A DNA stretch of 64,000 bases from Macrostomum lignano (Eukaryota), in assembly GCA_002269645.1 (NCBI GenBank), contig NIVC01000665.1, positions 310,001-374,000 on the forward strand. The letters are read 5' to 3'. A program made the position numbers and the translations under genes. A model generated the notes under the pieces. The model did not search any database. It worked only from the letters and a program-made list of their open reading frames with translations, and was not told where the DNA came from. Every line of letters starts with the position of its first letter. The stretch's first letter is position 1. Below are positions 34,537-47,240 of this stretch, piece by piece.

Positions 34537-35386
34537 ATCCATGGTTTTGTCTCGCATAGAGGCGCCTAACCGCAGTACCCCCGTGAAACTTGTCTCTGCC
34601 TGGCTGAAAGCTTGTAATGAGTGAGTAGGCTGGGTTGGAGGGTAATAGTGGATCGGGAAGGGCTGTGGGTAGCTGTATAGGAAGGCAGGCCTATACCTGT
34701 ACCAAGGTGCTCTGACGGTATCCCTCAGGCGCCCTCTGAGCGTACAGCCAGCGACCCTATTTAAGCTGGAGTGTGCCAGAACCAGGACTGAGTCTGAGCA
34801 GGACGAGACCGTTGGCACGGTCACTATAAAAATGGCGGGTTGGCGAAGCAAAGGGTGAAATAGTCCCGGCGATTAGCCCTCCTGCCGCTTCAAAGATAAG
34901 AGACTGTCTGGCAAGAGTACCCGGGGTTTAGTTGGGGGGAGGCTCCTCGGGGTGGCCACGGCCGTGGGGGCGGTCATTTGACCGGTTTTTGGCTTATCTA
35001 ACCCAGGAGAAGGCACGGGCTCCCCTGAATGGTTCTCTCAACCCCCTCTAGCCTCGGGGAGGTTTATGATTTGTACCCGGGGGTGGTGGGCGGTCGGCCC
35101 CAGCATGGTAGCCACGGCTCTCGGCCTTCGGGCCATCCCTAATAGGCTAAGGGGTCTATCTAACCTGGTTTTTGGGCACGGGCTTCCTGACTGGTTCGTC
35201 GAACCGCTGTCACTGTCCCCCGGGGAGGTTTGGTTTTTGTGATTCTGCCCAATGTACAGTCCTCTACAGTCTAACTTGGCTTTTAGTGTACTTAAGTACA
35301 CTCCCCATTAGGAAACTAATTTCACTAGTGGCGTAAGAGCCTATTCATTTGGCTGAGGCGCCGGAGTTACTTATTTAGTTAGTTAG
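34537..35386 (+). mobile_element. 850-bp retroposed insertion with a 16-bp TSD and (TTAG)n tail
   Basis: ttcaaactgagtgaaa occurs at 34521-34536 and 35387-35402, and the 3' end reads ttagttagttag. No recognisable ORF. Confidence 0.7.
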
Positions 35387-35498
35387 TTCAAACTGAGTGA
35401 AAGGATTGTTTTTTCGGATTCTTACTTGCCCCAATTACGAGTATCTGCCGCTCTCTGAGTTAGTTTATCGGAGACATCAAAGTAACCTAATTTTTTTA

Positions 35499-35634
35499 CT
35501 GTTCCATCAGTTATTTACTGCTGTTCGGTAGGCGCTCTCAATGAACCGAGATGGAGACCTCAGCTGCTGCAATGTCTGTCATTTTGTCTGTCATTTCAAC
35601 CTGAGTGGCTGAGTCGTCAGCTTTCATCTCGCCG
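35499..35634 (-). pseudogene. Orphan inverted copy of the DEG/ENaC gene B 3' end
   Basis: GEMKADDSATQVEMTDKMTDIAAAEVSISVH* plus UTR, near-identical to 18768-18903. Confidence 0.85.
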
Positions 35635-36135
35635 ACATCTCGACAACCGGCAGCTCGTTCTGTTGGAAAGATTTGCGATCGGGCAATGCAGACTGAGTTG
35701 TTCTGTATCACGACAGCGCCAGTGCTCAGACCGTGGCACACATTAATTAATAAAAAGCTAACTAATAAACAAGCAGACCTGTCTCATTTTTCAGCAAGCC
35801 TTCATTGCCAACAAAATTTCAACAATCAGTTCGACAAAGCCTGCATTGGCTGGGTTGATTTATTATTTATTAATTTCTTAAGAATTTAGCGCCATAGAAA
35901 AGCAAAAACAAACATATCGCTTGGTTGCGGATGATTCACAGTAGTAAGGCTCTGCTAACCAAACAAGCAGCACTGCGAACAGAGAGCAACTCTTGGACCG
36001 CACTAATTGACAACAACAAGAACAGTTCAAGTCGGCATAAAATAAATCCAAATCGCTAACTCGGAGCGGCGCGGTCAAGCCGGCTATTCGGGATAAACAG
36101 ATGAAGCATCAGTTTGCACAGATACAGATAGAGAA

Positions 36136-39100
36136 TCATTGAGTCGACGACGCCTCATCCTCCGGCATTGGCGACGGCGGCCTGACGGTTGGCGACGCCT
36201 CGCCGGAGAATTCGCCCTCGCCTTCGCCTTCTGCGCCCGCCGTTTTTGTTGCTGTCGATGCTGCAGCGGCTGCGGCGGCTGCGGCTGCGGCGGCGGCGGC
36301 AGCTGCGGCTACGCCTCCATCCTGCAGCAGAGGATCGAAGTGCGACTGCAGAGACGGCGAGGCCTGCTGCTGGGCCAGGTCGATGAGCGCGGTGCACATG
36401 TCCTGGAACTCGGCGCTGAGCTTGCTGGCCCCCGACGGGCTCATACAGGTGACCAGGCAGGTGATGAGGTGCAGCGCGTCCTGGTAGAAGTGAGTCCGGC
36501 GGTGCCGCACGGCGGTCAGCAGGTGTTGCGCGCAGGCAAGCAGAGGCTCCGGCGGGGAGCCGCCACTGGCCAGGGCGCAGTCCCGCTCTACCAGCTCCCG
36601 GCAGGTGCGCAGACAGCCGTGCAGGTCCTTATCGTGCGCAACTAGCTGCTCGCACACCTGGGCCAGGTAGCAGTTCTGCTGGTCCGGGTCGGCCACCCAA
36701 AGCTGGCCGAGAGCGGGCAGGGAGCCGGGCAGGTTGGCCTTCACCTGGAAATTGAGAATTGATATTGAGAATAGAACGCCTAGTTCAGTCAGGTAGTGGT
36801 AAATTAAGTATTGCGCAAATCCCCAGTTCACAGGGACTCAAGTCCCCAGTTCACCAGGGACTCAAATTCCCAGTTCACAGGGACTCAAGTCCCCAGTTCA
36901 CAGGGACTCAAATCCCCAGTTCACTAGGGACTCAAATCCCCAGTTCACTAGGGACTCAAATCCCCAGTTCACAGGGACTCAAATCCCCAGTTCACAGGGG
37001 ACTCAAATCTCCAGTTCACTAGGCACTCAAATATCCTGTTCACTAGGCACTCAAATATCCAGTTCACTAGGGACTCAAATCTCCAGTTCACTAGGCACTC
37101 AAATATCCAGTTCACTAGGGACTCAAATCCCCAGTTCACTAGGGACTTAAATCTTCACTTCACTGGGGACTCAAATCTTCACTTCACTAGGGACTCAAAT
37201 CCCCAGTTCACAGGGGACTCAAATCCCCAGTTCACTAGGGACTCAAATCTTCACTTTACTAGGGACTCAAATCCCCAGTTCACTAGGGACTCAAATCTTC
37301 ACTTCACTAGGGACTCAAATCACCAGTTCACAGGGACTCAAATCCCCAGTTCACTAGGGACTCAAATCCCCAGTTCACAGGGACTCAAATCGCCAGTTCA
37401 CAGGGACTCAAATCCCCAGTTCACAGGGACTCAAATCCCCAGTTCACAGGGACTCAAATCCCCAGCGCAGAGAAAAGCCAATTCCAAAGCTCACACACTC
37501 ATGAAATGATGACCCACCTGTTCCCACAGCCGGTCCAGCACAGGGGTGCCGCACAGCCGGACCACTTGGGCCGCCGGCGCCAGACAGGCCGACTGAGACT
37601 CGGCAGCGGCCACCAGCAGCTTTAGAGTGGCGGCCCGGGGCGCCTCGGCCAGCTGGGGACAGCGGACGCACAGGGTGGCGGCGGCCTCGCACATGACCCG
37701 CCTGACCTGGGCCTGCTGGTGCTTGGACTGCATAGCAGGGATGAGCAGGTCGTTGAGCAGCCAGGCGGTCCGCTCGACGCCCAGGTCTAGCTGAGCGGCC
37801 AGCTGCTTGACGGCGGCCGCGCCCTGAGCTCTGAGCGGCCAGTAGGCAGAGCGAATGGCCTGTCCGAACAGGGTCAGCGCCTCGGACACGCAGTCGGCCA
37901 GAGCGGTGGCCGAGCCGGCGCAGTCTGTCCAGGCCTCCTTCCACAGCGCGGCGTCTTCGGCGGCCGCGGCGGCGGCCTCAGCCTCAGCCGGGTCGGTGGC
38001 CGCGGCAGCAGTAGCGGCGGCCTCGGCGGGGTCGACAACATCAGCGGCGGCCAGGAAGATGAGCGGCAAAGCAGAGGCAGAGTGCCGGCGCAAGATGTCG
38101 GAGGCGTGCCTGGCGCAGGCGTGGAACAGCTGGCCGCAGGCGCGGCGCATATAATCGTCCTCCTTTTCCAGGTACCAGGCGCGCACGTGCGTGAGCAGCT
38201 TTTCAACGCTGGCCTGCTTGGCGTAGCTGATGAGCTGGCCGATGGCCAGGGACATGCAGCGTTGAACTACTGGGTTTCTGTCCGCCACGCCGTACAGCAG
38301 GGCGGCAAGCAGCTTGCCGGTGTAGGGGGCCACGATGGAGCCGCAGTGGTCGGTGATGCTGACTAGCAGCTGGGCGGTGCCGCATTTGGTGCCAAGACCG
38401 ACACCTTTGCGGATCAGCTCGGTGAGGTGCGGCACCAGCGAGTCCAGGGTCTGTTGGGTGCGGTTTCAGGGTAGAGGTGTGCTCACTCAGATAGATAGGG
38501 GAGTGCTCACTTAGATAGCTACGAGATTGCTCACTCAGATTGATGGGGAGTGCTCACTCAGATAGCTAGGGGAGTGCTTACTCAGATAGCTAGGAGAGTG
38601 CTCACTCAGATAGCTAGGAGAGTGCTCACTCAGATAGCTAGGAGAGTGCGAGTGCTTACTCAGATAGCCAGGAGTGCTCACTCAGATAGCTAGGAGTGCT
38701 TACTCAAATAGGTAGGGGTGCTCACTCAGACAGCTAGTAGTGCTCACTCAGATAGCTAAGGGAGTGCTCACTGGGATAGATAGGAGTGCTAACTCAGATA
38801 GCTAGGGGAGTGCTCACTCAGAAACTTATCTAAAAAAAATTCTCAAGAAGAACTCACCGGTTGGTCCACCTGTTTCACGCAGACTTTGAGCAGGTCAAAC
38901 ACTGGTGTAGTCTGCATAGCGCTAATTCTAGCCGTGTCTACCTGCTCCCTGGCCGCGCCAGACAGCCGCTGGCTGAAGGTGATGAAGGCCGCGGGCTCCA
39001 GGCCGGACAAAGCCTGCAGGAGGTCGGTGACAAGCTTCACCAGATGAGGCCGGAGCGCGGCCTCAGAACTACGGGCCAACTCGGTCAGGCAGCGCAGGGC

Positions 39101-42100
39101 GGCGGTCCGGGCCTCGGTGGCGCCGGAGGCGAGGCCCAGCTCAAGCAGCACCGGCAGCAGTCCGGGCAGTGAGGTCCGGGGTTCGCGCGCCGCCAGCCGA
39201 GAGCAGACGTTGAAAGCCTGGCTGGCCGCCTCTCGGACAGTGTCCCGGGAGTCGTCCGTGAGACGCAGCAGGCAGGAGACGAGGCGGGGCAGCAGAGCCG
39301 GCAGCTGCTGGGAGGTGGCGGCGGACGGCCGGGTGAGCAGCGCGGACAGGGCCAGGCAGGCGGACTCGCGGAGCCGCCAGTCGGCGCTGCCAGCGGCGAT
39401 GAGCTGCTCGGCCAGCAGCGGCTCCAGCAGACGGTCGGCCAGGCTGGCCTCCAGGCCGGACATGGCGCGCCAGACGGCGCCGGCCTGCGGTTGCAGACGC
39501 GGCTCGAACTGCAGCCGGTAGAGACGGGGCGCCAGCTGGTCCAGGTGAGGCCGCAGCTGGCGAAGGGCGCGCCGGCCGGCCAGGCCGCGGATGTCGGCGA
39601 ACGCGGCGAGGTCGGAGGAGGCGCAGGCGAGGCTCATTAGTGGATAGGCGAGGGCGCGGAGGCCGGCGGCGCGGCAGGCGGTGGCGAGCTCGGCGTAGGG
39701 CGCGGCGGCGCCGGTGCTAGCGTTGAGCAGGCCGGCGGGCAGGTCAGGCGTGGCGGCCTCGCCAAGGACTTCGCTGGCCAGGCAGAGGCACCGGCAGGCC
39801 AGCTCCTGGCATAATAATAAAATGTATAAGTTTGAAGTTTAACTACTTACAGTAGAAAAAGTAGCATTTTAATGTTAAATATGGCTACGTATAGGATGTT
39901 AATGGCCAGATGTGAAACTGACAGCTCAGCCGCAGCTATTGCGCAGTGCATCTGAAGGCTGAGTACGGCTGTTCAGTCTAAGGACTGGGGGGGGGGGGGT
40001 CGCCACACACACCCTCAATTACCCCAGCTAATGCTGACACCCATTTTACAGCTGGATGAACTGAAGCAATGCAGAGTTAAGTGTCTTGCTCAAGGATACA
40101 AATTGTTCTGAGTGGGTCGAGAATCGAACCCCCGACCTTTCAGTCGCGACGCTCTAACCGCTAGGTTACAACCCGCACTGCTCAATGAATGATAACTATC
40201 GAATTAGTTTACAGCCGATATGTATAGCAAAGCAGCATACCTGGCTCACTGCGTCCCGGTCGGTAAGGCAGGGCGCGGTGGCAGCGTGCAGCCGAACCAG
40301 GGGCATCTCCGGGTGTCTGGCCAGCCGGCGCAGCAGCCCCCAGCACCAGGCCAGTCCGGCCCCCCTGTTAGCCGGCTCCGAGCACGCCTTGCACACCTGA
40401 TCGCAAGCCCATAGCAACAGCTCGGACGATTTAGTTGGCACCTCCAACGGGTACTCGCGATCAAACCACTGACCACGATAGGGGCTGGCGGAGCCGAGGC
40501 TCAGCGCGCAGAGAGTCTCCGCGATGGACAGGTGCAGCTCCGGGTCGCGCTGGTTGCACAGCTCCACCAGGCCTTCAGCTGCCAGGCGGCTGTGCGGCAT
40601 CTGCGGCTCGCCGTGCGCCAGGCCTGCCAATGCGTTCGGGGGTTGGCGACCGGCGGCTTGCATTGGCCGCTGCATCTCGCAGGGTCCTAAGATGGGCCTC
40701 TGCATCCCACAGGGTCCTAAGATGGGCCTCTGCATCCCACAGGGTCCTAAGATGGGCCTCTGCATCCCACAGGGTCCTAAAATGGGCCTCTGCATCCCAC
40801 AGGGTCCTAAGATGGGCCGCTGCATCCCACGGGGTCCTAAGATGGGCCTCTGCATCCCACAGGGTCCTAAGATGGGCCGCTGCATCCCACAGGGTCCTAA
40901 GATGGGCCTCTGCATCCCACAGGGTCCTAAGATGGGCCTCTGCATCCCACAGGGTCCTAAGATGGGCCTCTGCATCCCACAGGGTCCTAAGATGGGCCGC
41001 TGCATCCCGCAGGGTCCTAAGATGGGCCGCTGCATCCCGCAGGGTCCTAAGATGGGCCTCTGCATCCCACAGGGTCCTAAGATGGGCCGCTGCATCCCAC
41101 AGGGTCCTAAGATGGGCCGCTGCATCCCGCAGGGTCCTAAGATGGGCCTCTGCATCTCACAGGGTCCTACAATGGTCTGATAGACTTCCGCATGGTCCTA
41201 CGATGAAATGATAGATCTCACAGGGTCCTACAATGGTCTGATAGATCTCACAGGGTCCTACAATGGTCTGATAGATCTCACAGGGTCCTACAATGGTCTG
41301 ATAGATCTCACAGGGTCCTACAATGGTCTGATAGATCTCACAGGGTCCTACAATGGTCTGATAGATCTCACAGGGTCCTACAATGGTCTGATAGATCTCA
41401 CAGGGTCCTACAATGGTCTGATAGATCTCACAGGGTCCTACAATGGTCTGATAGATCTCACAGGGTCCTACAATGGTCTGATAGATCTCACAGGGTCCTA
41501 CAATGGTCTGATAGATCTCACAGGGTCCTACAATGGTCTGATAGATCTCACAGGGTCCTACAATGGTTTGGTAGATTTCGGAGGGTTCTAAAACCTACCG
41601 CTATAACTTTAAGAGGACGAAGCAACCTACCGAAGGAGAGTAGCCTACAGCCCTTTCAAGCGCCACCCTTACCGCTGATGGCGCGCAAGGCGGCCTCCCT
41701 GCACTGCCGATCCGTGGTCGTGGACTTGACCAGAGCCAGCAGCCGCTTGACCAGGGCCTGCTTATTCGGCCAGGTGTCCTCCGCCTGGCCGCCGGCCGGT
41801 AGGTGGGCCAGCAAGCCCGCGTTGCCAAGGACGCTAATGCCGTTGCATAGCACCGTACAAGCGGGATGCCTGCCGGGCGACTGCAGGCGCTTTTCGGCCT
41901 CCTTGAGCAGATCGGTCACGTGACCAGCCAGGGTCATGCGGCTCTTGGCTTTGCCAGCCGAGCCGGCCCGCTTTTTATAAGCCAGCCGGTCCAGCAAGTG
42001 GCACAGGCCTAGCAGGGCGCCCTGGCTGGTGTCCGGCTCCTTGGCCCGCAGCTTGCTGGCGTACTCAGCCAGAGTGGCGTGCAGCTGCTCCTTGGTCTCC

Positions 42101-43600
42101 GTCTCCGCTGACACCAGCGCCAGGATGGTGGCGCACTCTGATCGGCAGGCGGCGCCGCGGCTTGTGTAGAGTACGTTGGTTCGAATCTTGTCGAACACCT
42201 GCTTGCAGTTGGTGACTAGGTCTCTGTCGGTGCGAGGAGGTGGGGAGTGTGGAGTCAGGCTTCAGTAGGAGGTCATGGGCTCGATTTCTGGTATAGGACA
42301 CGCAATCAGATTTTAGGTTCTTGTATGGGAGCCGCTACCCTTCCTCAGGGATGCTTCAGTGGGAGCCGCTACCCTTCCTCAGGGATGCTTCAGTGGGAGC
42401 CGTTACCCTTCCTCAGGGATGCTTCAGTGGGAGCCGCTACCCTTCCTCAGGGATGCTTCAGTGGGAGCCGCTACCCTTCCTCAGGGATGCTTCAGTGGGA
42501 GCCGCTACCCTTCTCTCAGGGATGCTTCAGTGGGAGCCGCTACCCTTCCTCAGGGATGCTTCAGTGGGAGCCGCTACCCTTCCTCAGGGATGCTTCAGTG
42601 GGAGCCGCTACCCTTCCTCAGGGATGCTTCAGTGGGAGCCGCTACCCTTCTCTCAGGGATGCTTCAGTGGGAGCCGCTACCCTTCCTCAGGGATGCTTCA
42701 GTGGGAGCCGCTACCCTTCCTCAGGGATGCTTCAGTGGGAGCCGCTACCCTTCCTCACGGGCGACCGAAAAGTAAAAAATGTCACCTGGTATGGCCCAGC
42801 AGAACTTCTTGCAGATAGGCTGTGAAATGTGACGTCACCGGCTGAGTGAGAATCACCACCTGGATAAGCCGGAAGTAGGTGTCAACAGCCCGACGCCCGG
42901 CGGACACGGCGCCATCCGGCCCGGGCTCCTCGGCCATGTAGTGTCGGACATTGCGCATGATTCTATGGTGAAACTCGGCCTCCTCCTCGTACTGTAGCGG
43001 ATCGGCGACGCCCTCGGGCAGACCGTCGTTGCCGGCCAGCAGGCAGAGCCGAATGAACTCAACAACAGGTATGAGGCGGCACACGTCAACAAAGGGATTC
43101 TTTTTGGCGTAGTGCGTGTCGTGATTGACAAAGTCAACAAATGGCGGCATTTTGATTCGGCCATCGACAATGTCCCGCATGACGTTGGGCTGCGTGCAGT
43201 AGGCGAACGCCTTCTGCGCTTCGCTCTTCACCGTCTCGTCGCTAGAGTGAGATGGGGGATAGGGATGGCTTTTTCTGGTGATTTTCCGCTAGCGCCTGCA
43301 AGTTAAGCAGGGTTGGCCGCGGTTAGAACTAGATTTTAGCGCCAACTTAGCATTCAAAATTCTAGGGGGGGGGGGGTAAATGACCCCCACGACCTATTTG
43401 CCCTACATGTTCGCACATTTCAGTGACTCTGGCTAATGTACATTACGTCTGCACTAATAGCAAGTTGTTAATAATCTGCGAGTCAGTACTAACACTGCCA
43501 TTCTTTCATATAATAGCTAACAAATTCTTTCTTACTACTGAACTCAAAGTAGAAAAACTTCTACTGAAAGTAGATAACACAGGCAGCCTATTCAGCTTGC

Positions 43601-43671
<71 letters not shown>

Positions 43672-44135
43672 ACTCGTCGCCCAGTCCCTGCAGGATGATG
43701 TAGCGAGACGGTATATGATCCTTCGGATAGATGACGTCAGCAAAGTGGATGACCACCTGACGACAGGCCGCGTCGTTTTTCTCGATATTCTCAAACAGCA
43801 GGGCCTCCATCAGCGAGCCGGATAGCCAGGTGCCAACGAAGATGGGGGCCATGGCGTTCAGGCAGGTGCGAACGGCCATTTTAACGTCTCCAGTTTCGTC
43901 AGAGAGAGACTGGAACAGCTCCTGCAGCAGGGCCAGGCCGTTGGCCGCGAACTCCGGACTCTTTGGCACCATGTTGCCGAATGCGATGAACGCCTTGGCC
44001 TTCAGGCTGGCGTCCTGCGCGGAGAATGTAGGGGGGAGGGTGTTCCCATGAGCAGCCAGTCATGCATATTTCGCTGGCAAATCCCCATCTGTCTGTCTGT
44101 CTGTCTATCTGTGTGTCTGTCTGTCTGTCTATCTG

Positions 44136-44188
<53 letters not shown>

Positions 44189-44191
44189 GTG

Positions 44192-44222
<31 letters not shown>

Positions 44223-44233
44223 GTCTATCTGTG

Positions 44234-44266
<33 letters not shown>

Positions 44267-44305
44267 GTGTGTCTGTCTGTCTGTCTGTCTGTGTGTCTGT
44301 CTGTG

Positions 44306-44340
<35 letters not shown>

Positions 44341-44361
44341 GTGTCTGTCTGTCTATCTGTG

Positions 44362-44422
<61 letters not shown>

Positions 44423-44441
44423 GTGTGTCTGTGTGTCTGTG

Positions 44442-44502
<61 letters not shown>

Positions 44503-44573
44503 GTGTGTCTGTCTGTCTGTCTGTCTGTCTATCTGTGTGTCTGTCTGTCTGTCTGTCTGTGTGTCTGTCTGTG

Positions 44574-44634
<61 letters not shown>

Positions 44635-44663
44635 TTTTATCTGTGTGTCTGTCTGTCTGTCTA

Positions 44664-44742
<79 letters not shown>

Positions 44743-44863
44743 TTTTATCTGTGTGTCTGTCTGTCTGTCTGTCTATCTGTGTGTCTGTCTGTCTGTCTGT
44801 CTGTCTGTCTTTTTATCTGTGTGTCTGTCTGTCTGTCTATCTGTCTGTCTGTCTGTCTGTCTA

Positions 44864-44904
<41 letters not shown>

Positions 44905-44929
44905 GTGTCTGTCTGTCTGTCTATCTGTG

Positions 44930-44962
<33 letters not shown>

Positions 44963-44997
44963 TTTTATCTGTGTGTCTGTCTGTCTGTCTATCTGTG

Positions 44998-45072
<75 letters not shown>

Positions 45073-46943
45073 GTGTGTGTCTGTCGTAGCCAATTTTCGC
45101 GCACAAGACCCCAAGTGAATGTTTGCGCACAGAATCGAATCAGGGATATGTGGCACTCACGTCAGGACACTTTTTATAGATAAACAGCATCAGCCGCTTG
45201 AGAATATCGTTGGCCTGCTTGGCGGTCAAGCTAGTGGAATACTGGGCTACGTGATTGATCAGATCCAGGCCGAGGCTCATCAACTTTTTATTGCTGCGCT
45301 CGCCCTCGTCTAAGCAGTCGAACACGATCTCCACAGTGCTGGCTATCATGGAGTTTGGCACTGTCAGCCGAGACCGCAGCAGGTACGGCAGCAGGCGGCG
45401 CCGGACCAGAACGGAGGCGGGCAGGCGGAACAGGCTGGGCTTGCTGGCCTCCGTCTTCTCGCTGCCCAGCAGCAGCACGAACAGCTGGCTGATCAGACTT
45501 TCATTCTCCCAATTGGCCGTCATGGCCAGAAACTTCAGGCAGGTCTCGGCCTCCGACACCACGCTGTGCCGGGTGTCCGCGTTGCCAATGAGGAAGTGCA
45601 GCACAATCTCCTCCGAGGTGTAAATCTTGTTGCCAAGGAACCGGAGAATGCCAATTTTGGCCGATTCGAGCTCTTCGGGGCTGCGCAGGAAATCCGGTTG
45701 GCCGGCGACCCGCCGGAAGTCCTGGTCGCAGACACCGTCGCATGCCAGCGACACGGCGCCGCTGCTGCCGGCCGCCGCTGCGCCGCCGGCGTCTGCGTCT
45801 GCTGCGATACTGGCGGCCGAGGGCGGGTCGGTCGGCTTCTGGAAGCTGAGGGGCGCAGGGCAGCTCAGTGGGTTGTGGACGGGTTGCCTGTCTGGACCTG
45901 CCCGTCTGAGTGTCTGTCTGTCTCTGTCTTAGTGCCTGGACCTGCCTGTATTAGTGTCTGTCTGGACCTGCCTGTCTTAGTGTCTGTCTGGACCTGCCTG
46001 TCTTAGTGTCTGTCTGTCTCTGTCTTAGTGCCTGGACCTGCCTGTATTAGTGTCTGTCTGGACCTGGCTGTCTTAGTGTCTGTCTGGACCTGCCTGTCTT
46101 AGTGTCTGTCTGTCTCTGTCTTAGTGTCTGGACCTGCCTGTAATAGTGTCTGTCTGTCTCTGTCTTAGTGCCTGGACCTGCCTGTAATAGTGTCTGTCTG
46201 GACCTGCCCGCCTTAGTGTCTGTCTGTCTGTCTGTCTCTGTCTTAGTGCCTGGACCTGCCTGTAATAGTGTCTGTCTGGACCTGCCTGTCTTAGTGTCTG
46301 TCTGGACCTGCCTGCCTTAGTGTCTGTCTGGACCTGCCTGCCTTAGTGTCTGTCTGGACCTGCCTGCTTGTCTGGACCTGTCTGTCTTAGTGTTTGTTTG
46401 TTTGTCTGTCTGTCTGTCTGCCTGTCTGTCTGCCTGCATTAGTGTCTGGCTGTCCACCCGTCAGCCCATTCCCAAATCTCCCTTACTCACTGGTAGCTGA
46501 TGAGCAGGACGCACTGGAAGAAGTGCAGCATGTACCGCCTGTCGTCCGGCCTGTCAGTCATTGAATAGGCCGCCCGGTTGGAGTCATCAATTTTCACGTC
46601 TTTCAGCAGGCAAAGCGACAGATGCAGGATTCTGGGGCGGATGGTTTGCATTGCGACGAATATGAAAAACATTTTATTCAAACAGTTTATGTTGAATTAA
46701 TCCTTACGAGTCCTTCTGCACAGGCGGCTTGCCGCTGTAGGAGCTCAGCAGCTCCGGCAGCAGCTGCAGCTGTTTCGGCCTGGGCATGCGCGGAAAGCCC
46801 ATCTTAATGTAGATTATGGAGAAATTCGTGATGAAGAAGCTGTTGTCAGGATTGGCGTACTGCTTGATGAGGCTGTCGATTGGCAGCTGGATCTGCGACC
46901 GGCTGCGCAGTCTTTTGTTGATGTGCACCAGCAGCTCCAGGAT
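36136..46943 (-). CDS. ECM29: Proteasome adapter and scaffold ECM29 (HEAT/ARM repeats); first exon(s) not located
   Basis: Exons (minus) 46943-46708, 46631-46491, 45845-45161, 44014-43674, 43241-42786, 42223-41673, 40623-40241, 39805-38858, 38450-37518 and 36744-36136 total 5283 nt with consistent phases. [23 protein letters not shown]...[16 protein letters not shown] and [11 protein letters not shown] match the ECM29 family. Confidence 0.9.
36820..37465. repeat. 23-24-bp minisatellite in an ECM29 intron
   Basis: ttcacagggactcaaatccccag variants. Confidence 0.95.
38465..38822. repeat. About 23-bp minisatellite in an ECM29 intron
   Basis: gagtgctcactcagatagctagg variants. Confidence 0.9.
39894..40174 (-). 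mobile_element. SINE family 2 copy in an ECM29 intron
   Basis: Reverse-complement match to 5800-6108. Confidence 0.75.
40670..41570. repeat. Two adjacent related 30-bp minisatellites in an ECM29 intron
   Basis: agggtcctaagatgggcctctgcatcccac x ~16, then agggtcctacaatggtctgatagatctcac x ~12. Confidence 0.95.
42325..42757. repeat. 33-34-bp minisatellite in an ECM29 intron
   Basis: gggagccgctacccttcctcagggatgcttcagt copies. Confidence 0.95.
44088..45085. repeat. About 1-kb (GTCT)n microsatellite in an ECM29 intron
   Basis: Direct reading; it explains the SVCL/TDRQ pseudo-ORFs. Confidence 0.97.
45885..46430. repeat. Degenerate ~26-bp minisatellite (gtctgtctggacctgcctgtcttagt) in an ECM29 intron
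   Basis: Direct reading of the sequence. Confidence 0.9.
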
Positions 46944-46999
46944 CTGATAAGGGCGGGGGGTCAACAAATGCATCCGTGACACCTAAACTACTCCCTACT

Positions 47000-47240
47000 G
47001 GAGGGCAACCCTTTATTTGAGGGCACCGCTACCCCTTTATTTGAGGGCACCGCTACCCCCTACTTGAGGGCACCGCTACCCCTTTATTTGAGGGCACCGC
47101 TACCCCTTTTATTTGAGGGCACCGCTACCCCTTTATTTGAGGGCACCGCTACCCCCTACTTGAGGGCACCGCTACCCCTTTTATTTGAGGGCACCGCTAC
47201 CCCTTTATTTGAGGGCACCGCTACCCCTTTATTTGAGGGC
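47000..47240. repeat. 22-26-bp minisatellite (ttatttgagggcaccgctacccct)
   Basis: About 10 copies. Confidence 0.9.

Noticed and set aside
36255-36310. Poly-Ala run of about 16 residues near the ECM29 C-terminus
   Set aside because: It is a GCN codon expansion in a low-complexity tail; Ala runs occur elsewhere in these proteins, so no special significance is supported.
40435-42825. Repetitive + strand ORFs ([40 protein letters not shown])
   Set aside because: They are read-throughs of 30-34-bp minisatellites, antisense to ECM29.
44048-45183. Long ORFs of 119-373 aa (SVCL.../TDRQ...)
   Set aside because: They are translations of a (GTCT)n microsatellite inside an ECM29 intron.
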